From assembly GCA_964016885.1 (NCBI GenBank), contig OZ024742.1:215450001-215514000 (forward strand): DNA of 64,000 nucleotides. Direction: 5' to 3'. This DNA is from Eledone cirrhosa (lineage: Eukaryota). Shown here one piece after another: positions 1 to 12,405 of the stretch (positions within the stretch are counted from its first letter, which is position 1; each line of letters starts with the position of its first letter). A program made the translations under genes and the position numbers. The notes beneath the pieces were generated by a model, which was not told the origin of the DNA, searched no databases, and saw only the letters and a list, made by a program, of their open reading frames with translations.

Positions 1-102
1 TGTGTATGTATAGAGAGATATATATATATATATCTGTACGTATGTGTGTATGTGTGTACGTATATGTATGTGTGTGTGTATATGTATGTATATATATGTA
101 TA

Positions 103-171
<69 letters not shown>

Positions 172-202
172 ATATATATGTGTGTTTGTATGTGTGTATA
201 TG

Positions 203-253
<51 letters not shown>

Positions 254-374
254 ATGTGTGTGTGTATAGATATTTATACATATGTATACTCGTGTTTGTA
301 TGTATGCGTGTGAGTGTATTTATTTGTGTATATATGTGTGTATCTGTGTATGTATGTGTATGTGTGTATGTATC

Positions 375-419
<45 letters not shown>

Positions 420-536
420 ATGTATATATGTATATATATTTGTATATATATGTATGTATTTGTATATATGTATATATATATGTATGTATGTGTGTGTGTG
501 TGTATGTGTGTGTATATATATATGTGTATATGTGTA

Positions 537-612
<76 letters not shown>

Positions 613-810
613 CGTATGTATGTGTGTATATGTATTTTATATATGTATGTATGTATGTGTGTATGTATGTGTGTGTACATGAATATATATTTATATTTGT
701 ATATGTTTATATATTTTTTATATATGTGTGTGTGTTTTTATGTGTGTATATGTGTTTATGTGTGTCTTTATGGTTGCGCGTAAGTGTGTGAGTGAGTATG
801 TGTGTTTTTT
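1..810. repeat. Compound (TA)n/(TG)n microsatellite
   Basis: Interleaved TA and TG dinucleotide runs; the ORFs here are YI/CV low-complexity artefacts. Confidence 0.95.
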
Positions 811-1233
811 TGTTTTTTAGGTGTGGTTTCTTGTTTTTCTGGTTTTTTTGTTTTATTGGGTTTTTTTGTTTTTTTGTGAATGTGTCTGTTGATTTGGCAT
901 ATTGTTGATTAGTTTAAGAGAAGTTCGAAGATAATAGTAAGATATGCACTCAGTATTTTGAATCTGTCTGCAGAATTCCCTAGACCTTTGTCACTTAGCA
1001 GAACCTTAATGTAAAGAATCTCCCTTTTCTTTAATTCTATCGAGCATGAATGACCCCCCACTGATTTTATAGACATCTGCTAGCTTAAGAGAAACTTATT
1101 GACAAGGAATAGTACGCCATCCAGAACCTGTTTATAGATTTCTGTCTGCCTTTGTTACTCTAAAAACATAAATAAATATAAATTAACTATAGCTATGTAG
1201 AATTAGCTTTTAATGAATTCCCTTCTCTATCAA

Positions 1234-1295
1234 CCAATGACCTGCACCCATCCCACTCCCCACCCTCTCCTACCACTTGTAGAGACCTATAAATA
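1234..1295 (+). promoter_or_regulatory. Putative CCAAT (1234-1238) and TATA box (TATAAATA 1288-1295) upstream of the hammerhead
   Basis: Both motifs are conserved in the second copy (20926-20930, 20980-20987); spacing suits a Pol II start near stem I of the HHR. Confidence 0.45.
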
Positions 1296-1317
1296 CCATA
1301 TTTATTTTTTGATACCC

Positions 1318-1368
1318 AGATTCCTGATGATTTCTAATGAATGAAACAGTTCTAGTCCTGTAGAATCT
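1318..1368 (+). ncRNA. Type I hammerhead ribozyme (family A)
   Basis: agattc CTGATGA tttctaatgaat GAA ACAG ttctagtc CTGT A gaatct: 6-bp stem I, intact core, 4-bp stem III, GUA cleavage triplet. Confidence 0.85.
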
Positions 1369-1380
1369 CATCTATATTAA

Positions 1381-1475
<95 letters not shown>

Positions 1476-1479
<4 letters not shown>

Positions 1480-1661
1480 AAAAAGTATGACCTCGACGGC
1501 TGGGCTCAAGCCGTTTCGACGGCTATATCTGGAATAGCCGTCGAAACGGCTTGAGCTCTGCCGTCGTGGTCATAATTGTTCCTATTATCCACTCTACTAC
1601 CCTAAGTATTGAGTACTCTGGTGCGTTATGGTCCATCTGGTTCCTTATCACAACTCCTTCG

Positions 1662-1665
<4 letters not shown>
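1476..1665. mobile_element. Fold-back mini-element made of two inverted 3' half-hammerheads plus tail
   Basis: Arms 1476-1526 and 1534-1584 are near-perfect reverse complements; the right arm reads GAA ACGGC ttgagctct GCCGT C; flanked by (TA)n. Confidence 0.65.
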
Positions 1666-1703
<38 letters not shown>

Positions 1704-1785
1704 AATATATGAAATTATATATATGTATATATATATATATAAGGGAACAAAAAATCAGTGTTGCATCATATACATATTTAATTAA

Positions 1786-1873
1786 ATATTACATATGTTT
1801 CACTGTCGATCAGTTCGAAAAACGACCCATTTACGATCGAACTTAACTCTGAAATCGGAAGCTCCTCAGATAT
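1786..1873 (-). ncRNA. Type I hammerhead ribozyme with long stem II
   Basis: Minus strand: atat CTGAGGA [about 60 nt] GAA ACATATGT A atat; palindromic stem III. Confidence 0.6.
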
Positions 1874-1938
1874 GTGTTAACATGTAGACTCGCGTCTTTA
1901 ATACCTACACACACACGCACACACACGCTCATACACAT

Positions 1939-2089
<151 letters not shown>

Positions 2090-2381
2090 TCACATTTGAA
2101 ACGTAATCAATATGATGGATGAAGTGATGCAGATGATAAAGTTGATAAGGAAACGATGCAGCAACGAATTTTAACAATTTAGTCAATATAATTTCATTTC
2201 ATTTAAGACTTTCGCCACTGGGGACTGCAATAGTACGCGAGGAAATTTACTTTTAAATAGGTGTAGTAGGGCTTAAAATATATGTATATATTCTTGATAT
2301 GGGGACATGTAATCATGCACAAAAAGGTTATTCACATTCACACAGACACATACAACGATATATGATAATAGATATATATAT

Positions 2382-2443
<62 letters not shown>

Positions 2444-2492
2444 TTACGGCTGACTCTGACGGGGATAAAACAAGTACATTAACTTTAACATA

Positions 2493-2826
2493 GCGACATA
2501 CGGTATGTTTATAAATAAACAATTTGAAAGCCTGCCGCTATAACTTTGTAAACTGTCAGCATAGCACCAGATAACAATTTCACGTATTTTATATACAAAG
2601 CTATGTTACAATTAATACCCTTATTTTATCCCGCTGAGCCTTATATTACGTTATACGAGTAAGTACCAGTTTGATAACGACAAAAGTCAGAAATAATGAC
2701 GTCATCATCATTGGTTACCCGTACTTAGCTGCGGCTGGAAAACACTAGATGGCGCTATACTGCAAGTTTTCAAATTTGTAGAGGAAGGCTTACAAAATGT
2801 TTATTTACAAACATAACTTATGTCGC
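2493..2826. mobile_element. MITE-like element with diverged inverted arms of about 75 bp
   Basis: gcgacatacggtatgtttataaataaacaatttgaaagcc (2493) matches the reverse complement of 2766-2826. Confidence 0.5.
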
Positions 2827-2844
2827 CAGATATACAACTTCCCG

Positions 2845-2887
<43 letters not shown>

Positions 2888-3156
2888 TTCTTATTTCTTC
2901 CTTTTTTCTTTCTTTCCTCCTCTCTTTATTTATCTCTTTCTTTTTCTCCATGCATCTCTCTCTCTCAGATACTTCTCCACGTTTTTTTCTTTCTCTCTCT
3001 CCGTCTTTTTCTTTCTCTCCGTCTTTTTCTAATTGTCCTTAACACTATGACATATTAAAATGATATAAACAACTCACTATCCGGATGGCTTCCAAAAATA
3101 ATGGTTGCATTTTAATAGGGTACGTCAAAGCTTATTTATAAAACTGTTATATATTT

Positions 3157-3221
3157 TATTTTGTCTGATGAAGGCATACCATAATTTAATTTGGTATCCC
3201 TGAAATATGTATAATGAAATA
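3157..3221 (+). ncRNA. Type I hammerhead ribozyme (family B)
   Basis: tattttgt CTGATGA aggcatacca..tggtatccct GAA ATATGTAT A atgaaata; homologous flanks at 8336-8401 (-) and 24282-24341 (+). Confidence 0.75.
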
Positions 3222-3260
3222 GATATGGTTTTATAAATATAGTTTCCATTTATTAATATC

Positions 3261-3326
<66 letters not shown>

Positions 3327-3472
3327 GTGTGTGTGTGTATGGAAATTTCGTATTTCTAAAGAAACACGGTTTTAGGAAGCCGTAGCTATGCAAACACCGG
3401 GGCAAACGCCCTCTGGTGGTGTCCAGCAGAAGCAATTCAGGCTTGACTGGCCTTCTTCAGGCGATGGTAGGG

Positions 3473-3516
3473 ACCGTCCTGAAGAAAGCCAGTCAAGCCT
3501 TAAATGCATAGACGGT
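3473..3516 (+). ncRNA. Hammerhead ribozyme (family C), G12 mutated
   Basis: accgtc CTGAAGA aagccagtcaagcct tAA ATGCAT A gacggt; perfect 6-bp stem I; the inverted arm retains CTGAAGA..GAA. Confidence 0.7.
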
Positions 3517-3794
3517 TGTCCACCTTGCTTCTGCTGGACACAACCAGAGGGCGTTAGCCCCGGTGTTTTCATAGCTACGGCTTCTTAAAACCATCTTTCT
3601 TTAGAAATACAAAATTTCTATACATATTTGTATAACGCTATGCTTGAAGAGAAATGCTATTTCTATTCTATTATAAGTTGTGCCAACTTATGCAGCTTCA
3701 TATGCAAATGAGATTAATCACCTCATTTACACAGACGAGAAAACTATATATTCTCGACTGTTTTCAAGTCCAGCAGTTGCAAGCGGTGGGAGGG

Positions 3795-3838
3795 ACCTTC
3801 TTGAAGAAGCCCAGTCAAACCTGAAAGGCATTGACGGT
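3795..3838 (+). ncRNA. Degenerate hammerhead ribozyme (family C, second tandem copy)
   Basis: accttc tTGAAGA agcccagtcaaacct GAA AGGCAT T gacggt. Confidence 0.6.
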
Positions 3839-4030
3839 TTTCCCCTATGCTTTTGGTGGACACGACCAGCGGCCGTTAGCACCGGTGTTTGCATAGCTAC
3901 GGCTGCCTAAAGCCGTTTTCTTTAGAAATACGAAATTTCTATACATATTTGTATAACGCTATGCTTGAAATGAAATCCTATTTCTCTCTCTATATATATA
4001 TATATGTTTGTGTGTGTATGTATGATTATA

Positions 4031-4102
<72 letters not shown>

Positions 4103-4189
4103 TGTAGTTCTTGAGTCATTATTTGTTTCTAATTTTGTTTTGCTCTTGTTTCTATATATACTTCTTTCCTTTGGCTAAGCATTTGTGTA

Positions 4190-6006
4190 CACGTTTCCTT
4201 TCAACTGCCTGATAGACCAATCGCCCCCTCTAAATCAGATATGGGGGTTGTTAGTATATCCATCTTGAATAGAATTTTCCCACAGGTTCGTTCCAATTGC
4301 TCTATTTCTAAATAAATTTATGGATTGGTACATGTGATGTAATTAACTGGTTCAATGATCTGAATAATAAAAACAAACAAAAATTTATTCAGTTTGACAT
4401 TGTCAGTTACTATTCTTCTATTTCGCCTTCACTCCTCAACAACGCTCTATCATTCGCATTTAAATATTCTGACATTACCACAGATGAACTTTACATCATT
4501 CTCACCGCAAGAAAAACTATCCTGGAATACAACAACGAATATTGGACTAGAGCTGATACTTCCAACAATTTTGATATCACAATGGGTTCGTCGGATTCAG
4601 CGCAATTGACGGACTTGATTGGTATCTTTATTTTGAATTCTTTAAATCCGAAAATTCCTCAACTTCGCGGTGGAATTTATCCTGACGATGGCCTTTTTAC
4701 TGCCTTAAACTGTAACCTAGTTAACCTTAATATTATTAAGAATAATATACTTGATCTATTTAAGCACCATAACCTAAAAATTGAATTTGAAAACAACGTC
4801 AAACTAGCTAACTTCCTGGATATATCCCTTAATCTTGACACCGGCCTATACTACCCTTACCATAAAAGCAATGAGAATCTAAATTATGTTAATTTTAAAT
4901 ATAACCACCCCATTAACGTTAAAAATGCTATAGTCAATAATGTTGAAAAAAGACTCTCAAATCTCTCCTCTAATAAAGTTATCTTCGACGCTAATGCCAA
5001 TTATTATAATAATGCGCTTTCCAAAGCCGGTTATCCTGACAAAATTAAATACAGTAAAGACACTAATCATCGAACGACTTAGGTAAAATAGTTAGTTATG
5101 AACATTCCAATAGCTTAAATAAAAGACCTAGATACAAAAATATGATTTGGTACAACGCTCCTTTTGCTCTATCTATTACTAGTAATATTCCTAAACTATT
5201 TTTAAGGCCTTAGATAAATGCTTCCTTCCCTCGCATATCTATAGTAAGATCTTTAAGAAACATACAATCAAATTATCTTATTCCATCACTTCCAACATCT
5301 CTAACATTATCTCTAAACATAATAATAAAATATTAAATAATAAATTATATCTATCCAACACTGAGCGTCATAATAATAGCAATAGTAAACCCGACGTCAA
5401 TGTTAACTCTAGGCTAGATTCAGTAAATTTAAATACGACGTCAAACGTAACTTTGTCGAATGATCATAACACCAATCTAAATCAGGAAACTTTAGCACCT
5501 ATCGTAAATATCTTCTCCAATCCAATTCCTTCTATAAATAATAATAGGTCACTTGTTAATAACTCTGGTAATTTCTCTAATCGTAATTGTAATTGCCCTG
5601 TTAGAACTAAATGTCCTCTTAATAACCAATGTCTTCATAAAAATTAAGTGTATGAATGTAAGGTACTAATTCTTTTACCTATTTTGGTTCCACTTCCACT
5701 TCCTTTAAAGCAAGATTTTCTAATCACAATTCGTCTTTTAAATACCAACTTAAAAGAACTAATACGGCACTCTCAGAACTCATATGGTCCTTAAAAGACA
5801 AAAATATTAACTATAACATTTCTTGGAGGAAGGTTTGCAAAACCTCTCCTTACCGTAATTCTTCCCTATCCAGAACATGTAATCTCTGCCTAGCCGAGAA
5901 ATTTACCATTATCTCTAATTTTAATTCTATAATAAATAGACGTACGGATTTATTTTCGCTCTGCTTGCATAAATCCCATAGAACTTTCCATAAAGTATAC
6001 AGCTAA
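4190..6006 (+). pseudogene. Penelope-like element (Naiad-like) RT + GIY-YIG ORF, 5' truncated and frameshifted
   Basis: RT motifs across frames: APSKSDMG, FIQFDIVSYY, FDITMGSSDSAQ, GIYPDDGL, NFLDISL; then CNC..CPLNNQC and C-terminal CNLCLAEK. Confidence 0.88.
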
Positions 6007-6731
6007 TATCTCACTACCTAAAATCTTCTTTTATCAAACGCTTTTATATCTTTTACAAATATACCCATCTTTCTACCTTATTTCAGTATATTATATTATA
6101 CTATTTACTCATTCTATGTCGTTAGCGGTCCCCTATTTATCTACTTTTTATCCTATTTTGTCATTTTTCCTTTTTTCTTTTTTAATTTCTAATCTTTAAT
6201 CTGTAACATTTACTTCTTAATTCATATTATTACTCACTATAGCATTTTCTTTATATTCTTGGGCATACAAACTATATTTTTAATATATAGTAATATTACC
6301 ATTAGTAAATTTTGTAAACATATTTTTTGACGTTATATATTTTTTCTTCCTTAAATTTCCTCTTTCTTCTCTCCTTCCGTGCTCGTATTAAACCTATTAT
6401 TTACTTTTTCATATTACAATACATAGAAACAAACTTAGACCCTAACTACTTCCTCTTAGTTCATAATTCATTTATTTTCTTCTTCATTCACCTTATCTCC
6501 TTAATATTTTTATTTTAATAATACATATTAATAAATTCCTTTTCTCACATATTATTAAACCCTTCTATATATAAACCTTAAATAAATACTAACATTAATT
6601 CCTTTTTCTTTAATCATAAACATCACCATTCATAAAACTCATTAACTTATAATTTCAAAAATCTTTTTTAAATTTATGTATTATCTTACAACGGTTTTTT
6701 TAAATTTCTCTCTGTGAGACAGTGTTAAAGG

Positions 6732-6814
<83 letters not shown>

Positions 6815-7018
6815 ACTCATTTCTCCTCCTCTCTCATCCTTCCTTCTTATACTCCTCCCCCGTCATCCTTTATTTTCTTTCTTCGTCTTCCTTACCTTTT
6901 CCTTTCCCCTTCCTTCTTTTTTTCCCAATCTCATATATCCATCTTATTTTATTTTTCATATGTAGATTTAACGCTTCACTGCTCGCAAGTGTTTTTTAAA
7001 CTTCATATCATATCTCCC

Positions 7019-7089
7019 TATTTTATCTGATGAGAACGCATGTATCATCCCATGAGGATATTTGTTTTTGAAATGCGCATCATAAAATA
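7019..7089 (+). ncRNA. Type I hammerhead in the 3' pseudo-LTR of the upstream PLE
   Basis: tattttat CTGATGA [36 nt] GAA ATGCGCAT C ataaaata; 8-bp stem I, palindromic stem III; about 1 kb downstream of the same-strand PLE ORF. Confidence 0.82.
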
Positions 7090-7228
7090 CATGGAACTCT
7101 TTTAACCATCCTTTGATCTTATATTATTTATACTCCAGTCCTATAAACATTTGAGTGCTACTTATCCGATATTTGCATTGCTTTATTGTGCTACAATAAA
7201 ACTCACCTCCTACACACACACACGCACG

Positions 7229-7295
<67 letters not shown>

Positions 7296-7297
<2 letters not shown>

Positions 7298-7483
7298 TAT
7301 ATAATATTTTGAGAATAAACTCTCAATCGTTTACAATAATTAAGCTCCAGGAAGGGTCTCTGCAATGTAAACACATTTCGTGTTTATCGTACACTTTAAA
7401 TGTATTAACTGCTCGGAAGAGACCCTTCCTGGAGCTTAATTATTGTAAACGACTGAGAGTTTATTCTCAAAATATAATATAAT
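7296..7483. repeat. Near-perfect inverted repeat (about 66-bp arms, 56-bp spacer)
   Basis: 7296-7361 is the reverse complement of 7418-7483; the spacer recurs at 7917-7962. Confidence 0.85.
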
Positions 7484-7956
7484 GTATTGCTCCTTTATTG
7501 TATGAGCTGATCCTTAATCCTGCATAAGCGGCTGTTATTTCTAGCACCGTGAATGTGGGATAGCTAGATTTGGCCTGCCTACCCACGTGTAGTCAGTCCT
7601 GCAAAATTTTTGATGTGTGATAGACTAATCTTACTGGATTCCTGTTGATAAGCACAGAAGATTTGGGTATTTCACTCTTTTATTTCTATTCCATTTCGAT
7701 TCTCTTTATTTTTCAATTCACATTCCACCGTTGCGAAACTTATTTGGGTTTCGAGGTTCAAATTCGTCTACAGAACAGGTTTGAATTTTGAGATTTAAAT
7801 ATGTACAGGAATCATGGCTGTTGCCAATATAATATTGTCTTTATTGACTTATATCGAGACAGACAAATTGTATTCACTTTTATTAGTTTATTTCATTAAT
7901 AGCTAACTTTGTCTGTTGCAATGTAAACACATTTCGTGTTTATCGTAATACTTTAA

Positions 7957-8044
<88 letters not shown>

Positions 8045-8123
8045 ATATATAAATATAAGTATGTATACGTACATACATATATGTATACAGACGTACAGTA
8101 GTATGTATATACATACGTACATG

Positions 8124-8209
<86 letters not shown>

Positions 8210-8335
8210 AAGTTTTATTTAAATTGTTGGGTTACAACGAGTAAATATTTATAACTGATATAAAAGCACTCAACAAGTATTTGGAGTATATTTACGATAT
8301 TAAATAAATGGAAACTATATTTATAAAACCATATT

Positions 8336-8401
8336 TATTTCATTATATATATTTCAGGGATATCATATTAAAAATATGTTATGCCTTCTTCAGACAAAAT
8401 A
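8336..8401 (-). ncRNA. Type I hammerhead ribozyme (family B)
   Basis: Minus strand: tattttgt CTGAAGA aggcataacata..tatgatatccct GAA ATATATAT A atgaaata. Confidence 0.75.
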
Positions 8402-8655
8402 CAATATAAACAGTCTTATAAATAGATAGATTCGACATACCTTTCAACTTCGACTTCCATTTGAAAAGTTGATTTGGTAGTGAAAAATATTAGGGACAGT
8501 TATAAAAAGAAAGAAAGAAAAACGAAGAAAAAGAAGAAATGCATGCAACTAAATAGAGAGAGATAGATATAGAGAGATAGATAGAGAGAATAAATTCATG
8601 TAAAGAAACAGAGAGAGATATATAGAGAGAGGAAAAAACACAGAGGTAGATAGAT

Positions 8656-8691
<36 letters not shown>

Positions 8692-9810
8692 AAATATAGA
8701 GAGATATATATAGATAGAGATAGAGAGAAAGAAAATAGGTAGTTGGGCACCAGTTGAATGACGTATCAATGATATATTTATTTATTTATTTATTTATTTA
8801 TTTAGCTCTAGTATTAATGTAGAGAGAGATATATGTGGTTAGGAAAGAAAACAGCCGTTACATAGAGAGAAAAGAAAAATATCCAGACATAAATGAGGCA
8901 GATTTAAAACACTATGTTTCATCAATGTAAAAATATCAATTCGTATAAATCAGGCATTATAATGTAAATATAAGTATTCATGAATGAGACACGTATCAAT
9001 AATGTGTGAAAAATAATGATCATATGTCTAGTTTAAAATTCCTAGGTTTATATCAGAGTTGAGATAAAATAGAAGGTTATCCCAGATTCGATACTATAGA
9101 CATCCATGTGAATTTACGTGATCAGCTGTGCAAATTCCTATTTCACACGAAAACATTCTCATTGTGCTATAAAAATTCTAGTATACATATATGTGTTCAT
9201 GCATACAAATATATATAGAGTCTACATTAATTTTAACAATACTATTCTTTTCTTTACTCTACATGATTATCGTTCAAGCATAAATAGAGAACAGATATCA
9301 ATATATCAATAAAAATATCAGAAACAAAAAAATAAAAAAATAAAAATAAAAATAAAAAAATAAAAAAATAAAAATAAAAAAATATCAGAAACAAAAAAAT
9401 AATAAATAAAAAAACAAAAAAGTATTAAAAATAAAAATATTAAAAATATTAAAAATAAAAATAAAACATAGTATGCCCCGCAAATCAACCACAGAGATCA
9501 ACCCTTCAAAGTTAATTGACAATATATTGCCAAGTTCGTTATAAGCATCAGAATCAAAAGCAAACAAAACCAAAAATTATTTACCAAATCCTGTCTAGCA
9601 GAAAACATTCCAAAAGTTTAGGATACCCATTTGATCTACAGATGGTCTTATATTTAATATAGAAGTTTATCTAGTGTAAAATGTATTCGATATATTTGGA
9701 TCATCAGCTTTTAGGGTAGTTTAATTATTCATGAAGAATGTTTAAAATAAAAAGAAATCGAAAGATTTATCGGCGAGTTTCATAAATAATTATAAATCAA
9801 ATTAAATATA

Positions 9811-10270
9811 CTACATTTTAAATTTATATTTATATTTAAAAGTTGAGTTCAATCTATGTCTGCAGCAACTGAATAAATTTGTCCGTAAATTAAGGGAATT
9901 TTTAGATTTTAGTATAAAGAATATCTCCTCCGCGCAGAGGTCACATGTCTCAGAGGATGAATTAAAAGGAATCCCTCTTGAGACTATATTCCAAGCCGTC
10001 GAATATCCAACGTTATCATGCCTAAGTTGCCAGAGTAAGCCTGATAGTGATGTTGAAGATTTTTTGCTTGGATCTGTGAAAGAATTCTTGTGGTTATTAT
10101 AGCGAAGTTTAAATTCTGTCGAGGTGGAACCAACATAGTTAAAAGAATTTAAGTCCGTTTTAACATTACAGTTGTATATTATATTTTTAACTAAGCAATT
10201 GTTATTTAACGGACATTTAGATCTATCTCTACAGTTACATTTGTTAACTTGGATATTATTTATGCTATTA
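9811..10270 (-). pseudogene. PLE (Naiad-like) GIY-YIG endonuclease fragment
   Basis: CNCRDRSKCPLNNNCL..IIY..YVGSTSTEFKLRYNNH..CDLCAEE..LN..CCRH; 5' truncated. Confidence 0.88.
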
Positions 10271-10295
10271 TCGATATATATATATGTACGTATCA

Positions 10296-10601
10296 GTTTA
10301 CCGAACATTTATTATAATGCTCGGTTTGTATGTAAACAAGCAGCCCGAACTATTAGCCGTAGTGTTGCTCAGCCATCGTTGCCATTTTGTTCAACACTAA
10401 CAGCCGTTAATATACTTTCAAACGTTCAATCGATTGACAGAAAGGTATACGGTGCTGATGACAGCTAATAAGCTAGAAACTAGATCATAGTTCCTCAGTG
10501 TTTAACAAAATGGCAACGATTCTTGCCGAACACTGTACGGCTAATAATTCGGGCTGTTTGTTTACAAACAAATCGAGTATTATAATAAATGTTCGGTAAA
10601 C
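10296..10601 (+). mobile_element. Non-coding mini-element: inverted arms of about 105 bp enclosing a hammerhead
   Basis: 10296-10398 is the reverse complement of 10497-10601; HHR core at 10455-10492. Confidence 0.7.
10451..10498 (+). ncRNA. Hammerhead ribozyme-like motif
   Basis: CTGATGA c agct aata agct a GAA ACTA gatca TAGT T; stems II and III pair, stem I weak. Confidence 0.6.
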
Positions 10602-10749
10602 CTATATGTACATATATATGTATATATGGGTGCATGTATGTATATATATACATACTACTGTGCGTATGTATACATATATGTATGTACGTATACATACTTA
10701 TATTTAAGTATCAGCCGTACTAAGACTGAGAAATGAAATTTCATTTTTT

Positions 10750-10811
<62 letters not shown>

Positions 10812-10904
10812 ATAATGGAAACATTTTAACAGGAACAAAACAGAGAGGCAGTACAACGAATGTTTATTAATTTCACGCTCTGGAGAGTGGGGTGGTGGTG
10901 GGGA

Positions 10905-10936
10905 ACGACGTTTCGGGCATAAGCCCTTCCTCAGGT
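10905..10936 (-). ncRNA. Minimal PLE-type hammerhead ribozyme
   Basis: Minus strand: ac CTGAGGA a GGGC ttat GCCC GAAACGTC gt. Confidence 0.78.
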
Positions 10937-12405
10937 GAGAAGTGTGTGGGAACAGAGTTCAAAGGGTGTGTAGGGGAGTGGTGGAGAGACATATAGCGAA
11001 AGGAAACAGTGCGAATGAAATTAAAAATAAAAATAAAAAAAAGCATGATCAAAATAAAAGGAATGAAATAAGAATAAATATAAAAGCATGATCAAAATAA
11101 ACTGAAATTAAAAAGGGGTAAAAACGTGGTGGAAGGGTGTGGGGTGTGTAGGGGTGGTGGCGGGTGGAGTGTGGAGAGGGAGACGGGGTGTCCGAGCGGG
11201 GTGGGCTGAAGGTGGTGTGTGTGTGTAGGTGTACGTGTGTGTATGTGTGTGTGTATGTGAAAGTAAGGGTTGGGGGAAGAACGGGGTTGCATGTTCAGGA
11301 AGAGGTGTGTGTGTGGGGGGTTGTAGGTCGGAGTGTCTGTGCGTGTGTGGATAGAGGGGTGGCGGAGTGGAATCAGGAGGCTGAGGGTGTAAATATGTGG
11401 TGGAAAGCACGTGTGTGTGGGGTTTAAGCGTGTTGTGGGTGTAGGTGGCGTGTGGGAGAAAAAAGTTTTTTGTGTGTGTGTGTGGGTGAGGTATATAGGT
11501 GATTTCGTAAGAGGATGGTTGAAATGTTCGTAAATTCCTATGATGTTTAGTAGATTCCGTGGTGGTCAAGTTCCACATACGAGTATTCCATGAAGAGGTG
11601 GTCGGAAGAGGAGAGATGTGGGGTGCGCGCGCAACAGGAAGTGGTCAAGCGGTGGGAGTGCTGTGTGTCTGTTTGTGCTGGGAGGTGGTCAGAGGGCATA
11701 GCAGCAGTCGGGTGGAATGGTAAAGGGGCGAGGATGGGTAGGTGTGATAGTTGGAGTGAGGAGGGTGTGTGTGTGTATTAGTAGGGGTGTTAGTGGGATG
11801 AGTGAGTGTGGAGCGAGGGTGTGGGTGGAGCGGGGAGAGAAGGGTGTGTGTAGTTCTATGGAGGGAGTGTGGTGTACTGGTGTGTGTGTAGTTTGATGAA
11901 GGGGGTGTTAGTGGGTGTTAGTATACGGGAGGTGGGGAAAGGGTTGAATGCAGGTGTGAGTGGAGGTTAGTCGTGGTAGGGTGTGTAGAGTTGGTGGTGT
12001 ACGAGGGTGTGTGGGTACGTGTGCGTGGGGTTGGGGGTGTTAGTGATGTTAGTTGCGTGTGGGGTGGGTGGTGTAAGTGGGTGCGTGTGTTCGTGTGCTT
12101 GGGGTCAGTGAGGTTAGTTGCGGGGTGGTGGGATGGAGGTGTGGGGGTGAGGGTTAGTGGTGGTAGTAGGGTGTGTGTTTAGTGTGAGCGCGTGTATATA
12201 TGTGCCGGTGGGTGTGTGCGTGTGATAAGGAGGGGGGAGGAGAAGAAGAAGGGAGGGAGGTTAGTATGTTAGTTGGGGAAGGGTGGTCGGATAAGGCGTG
12301 GAGTGGAGGTGTTAGTATTGTTAGTTGTGGGGTGGGCGGTGAAAAGGAGGGGTGTGTTAGTGGTGTTAGTGGGGAATAAGTGTGGGGGAGGGGGGCGGTC
12401 GAAGG

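Larger units (their letters stand above)
876..1384 (+). mobile_element. Non-coding PLE 3' region/pseudo-LTR, family A copy 1
   Basis: Colinear with 20558-21076; ends in a hammerhead followed by aaaact|(TA)n. Confidence 0.75.
3336..3990 (+). mobile_element. Retrozyme-like non-coding element: inverted arm plus two tandem HHR-bearing repeats (322-bp period)
   Basis: 3336-3461 is inverted relative to 3478-3625; direct repeats at about 3462-3665 and 3783-3985; no credible ORF. Confidence 0.75.

Noticed and set aside
9690-9712. Minus-strand CTGATGA downstream of the 9811 PLE fragment
   Set aside because: No properly placed GAAA or stem III.
11092-12400. His/Pro/Thr-rich or Val/Gly-rich ORFs
   Set aside because: Low-complexity 3' UTR of the Neptune-like element.
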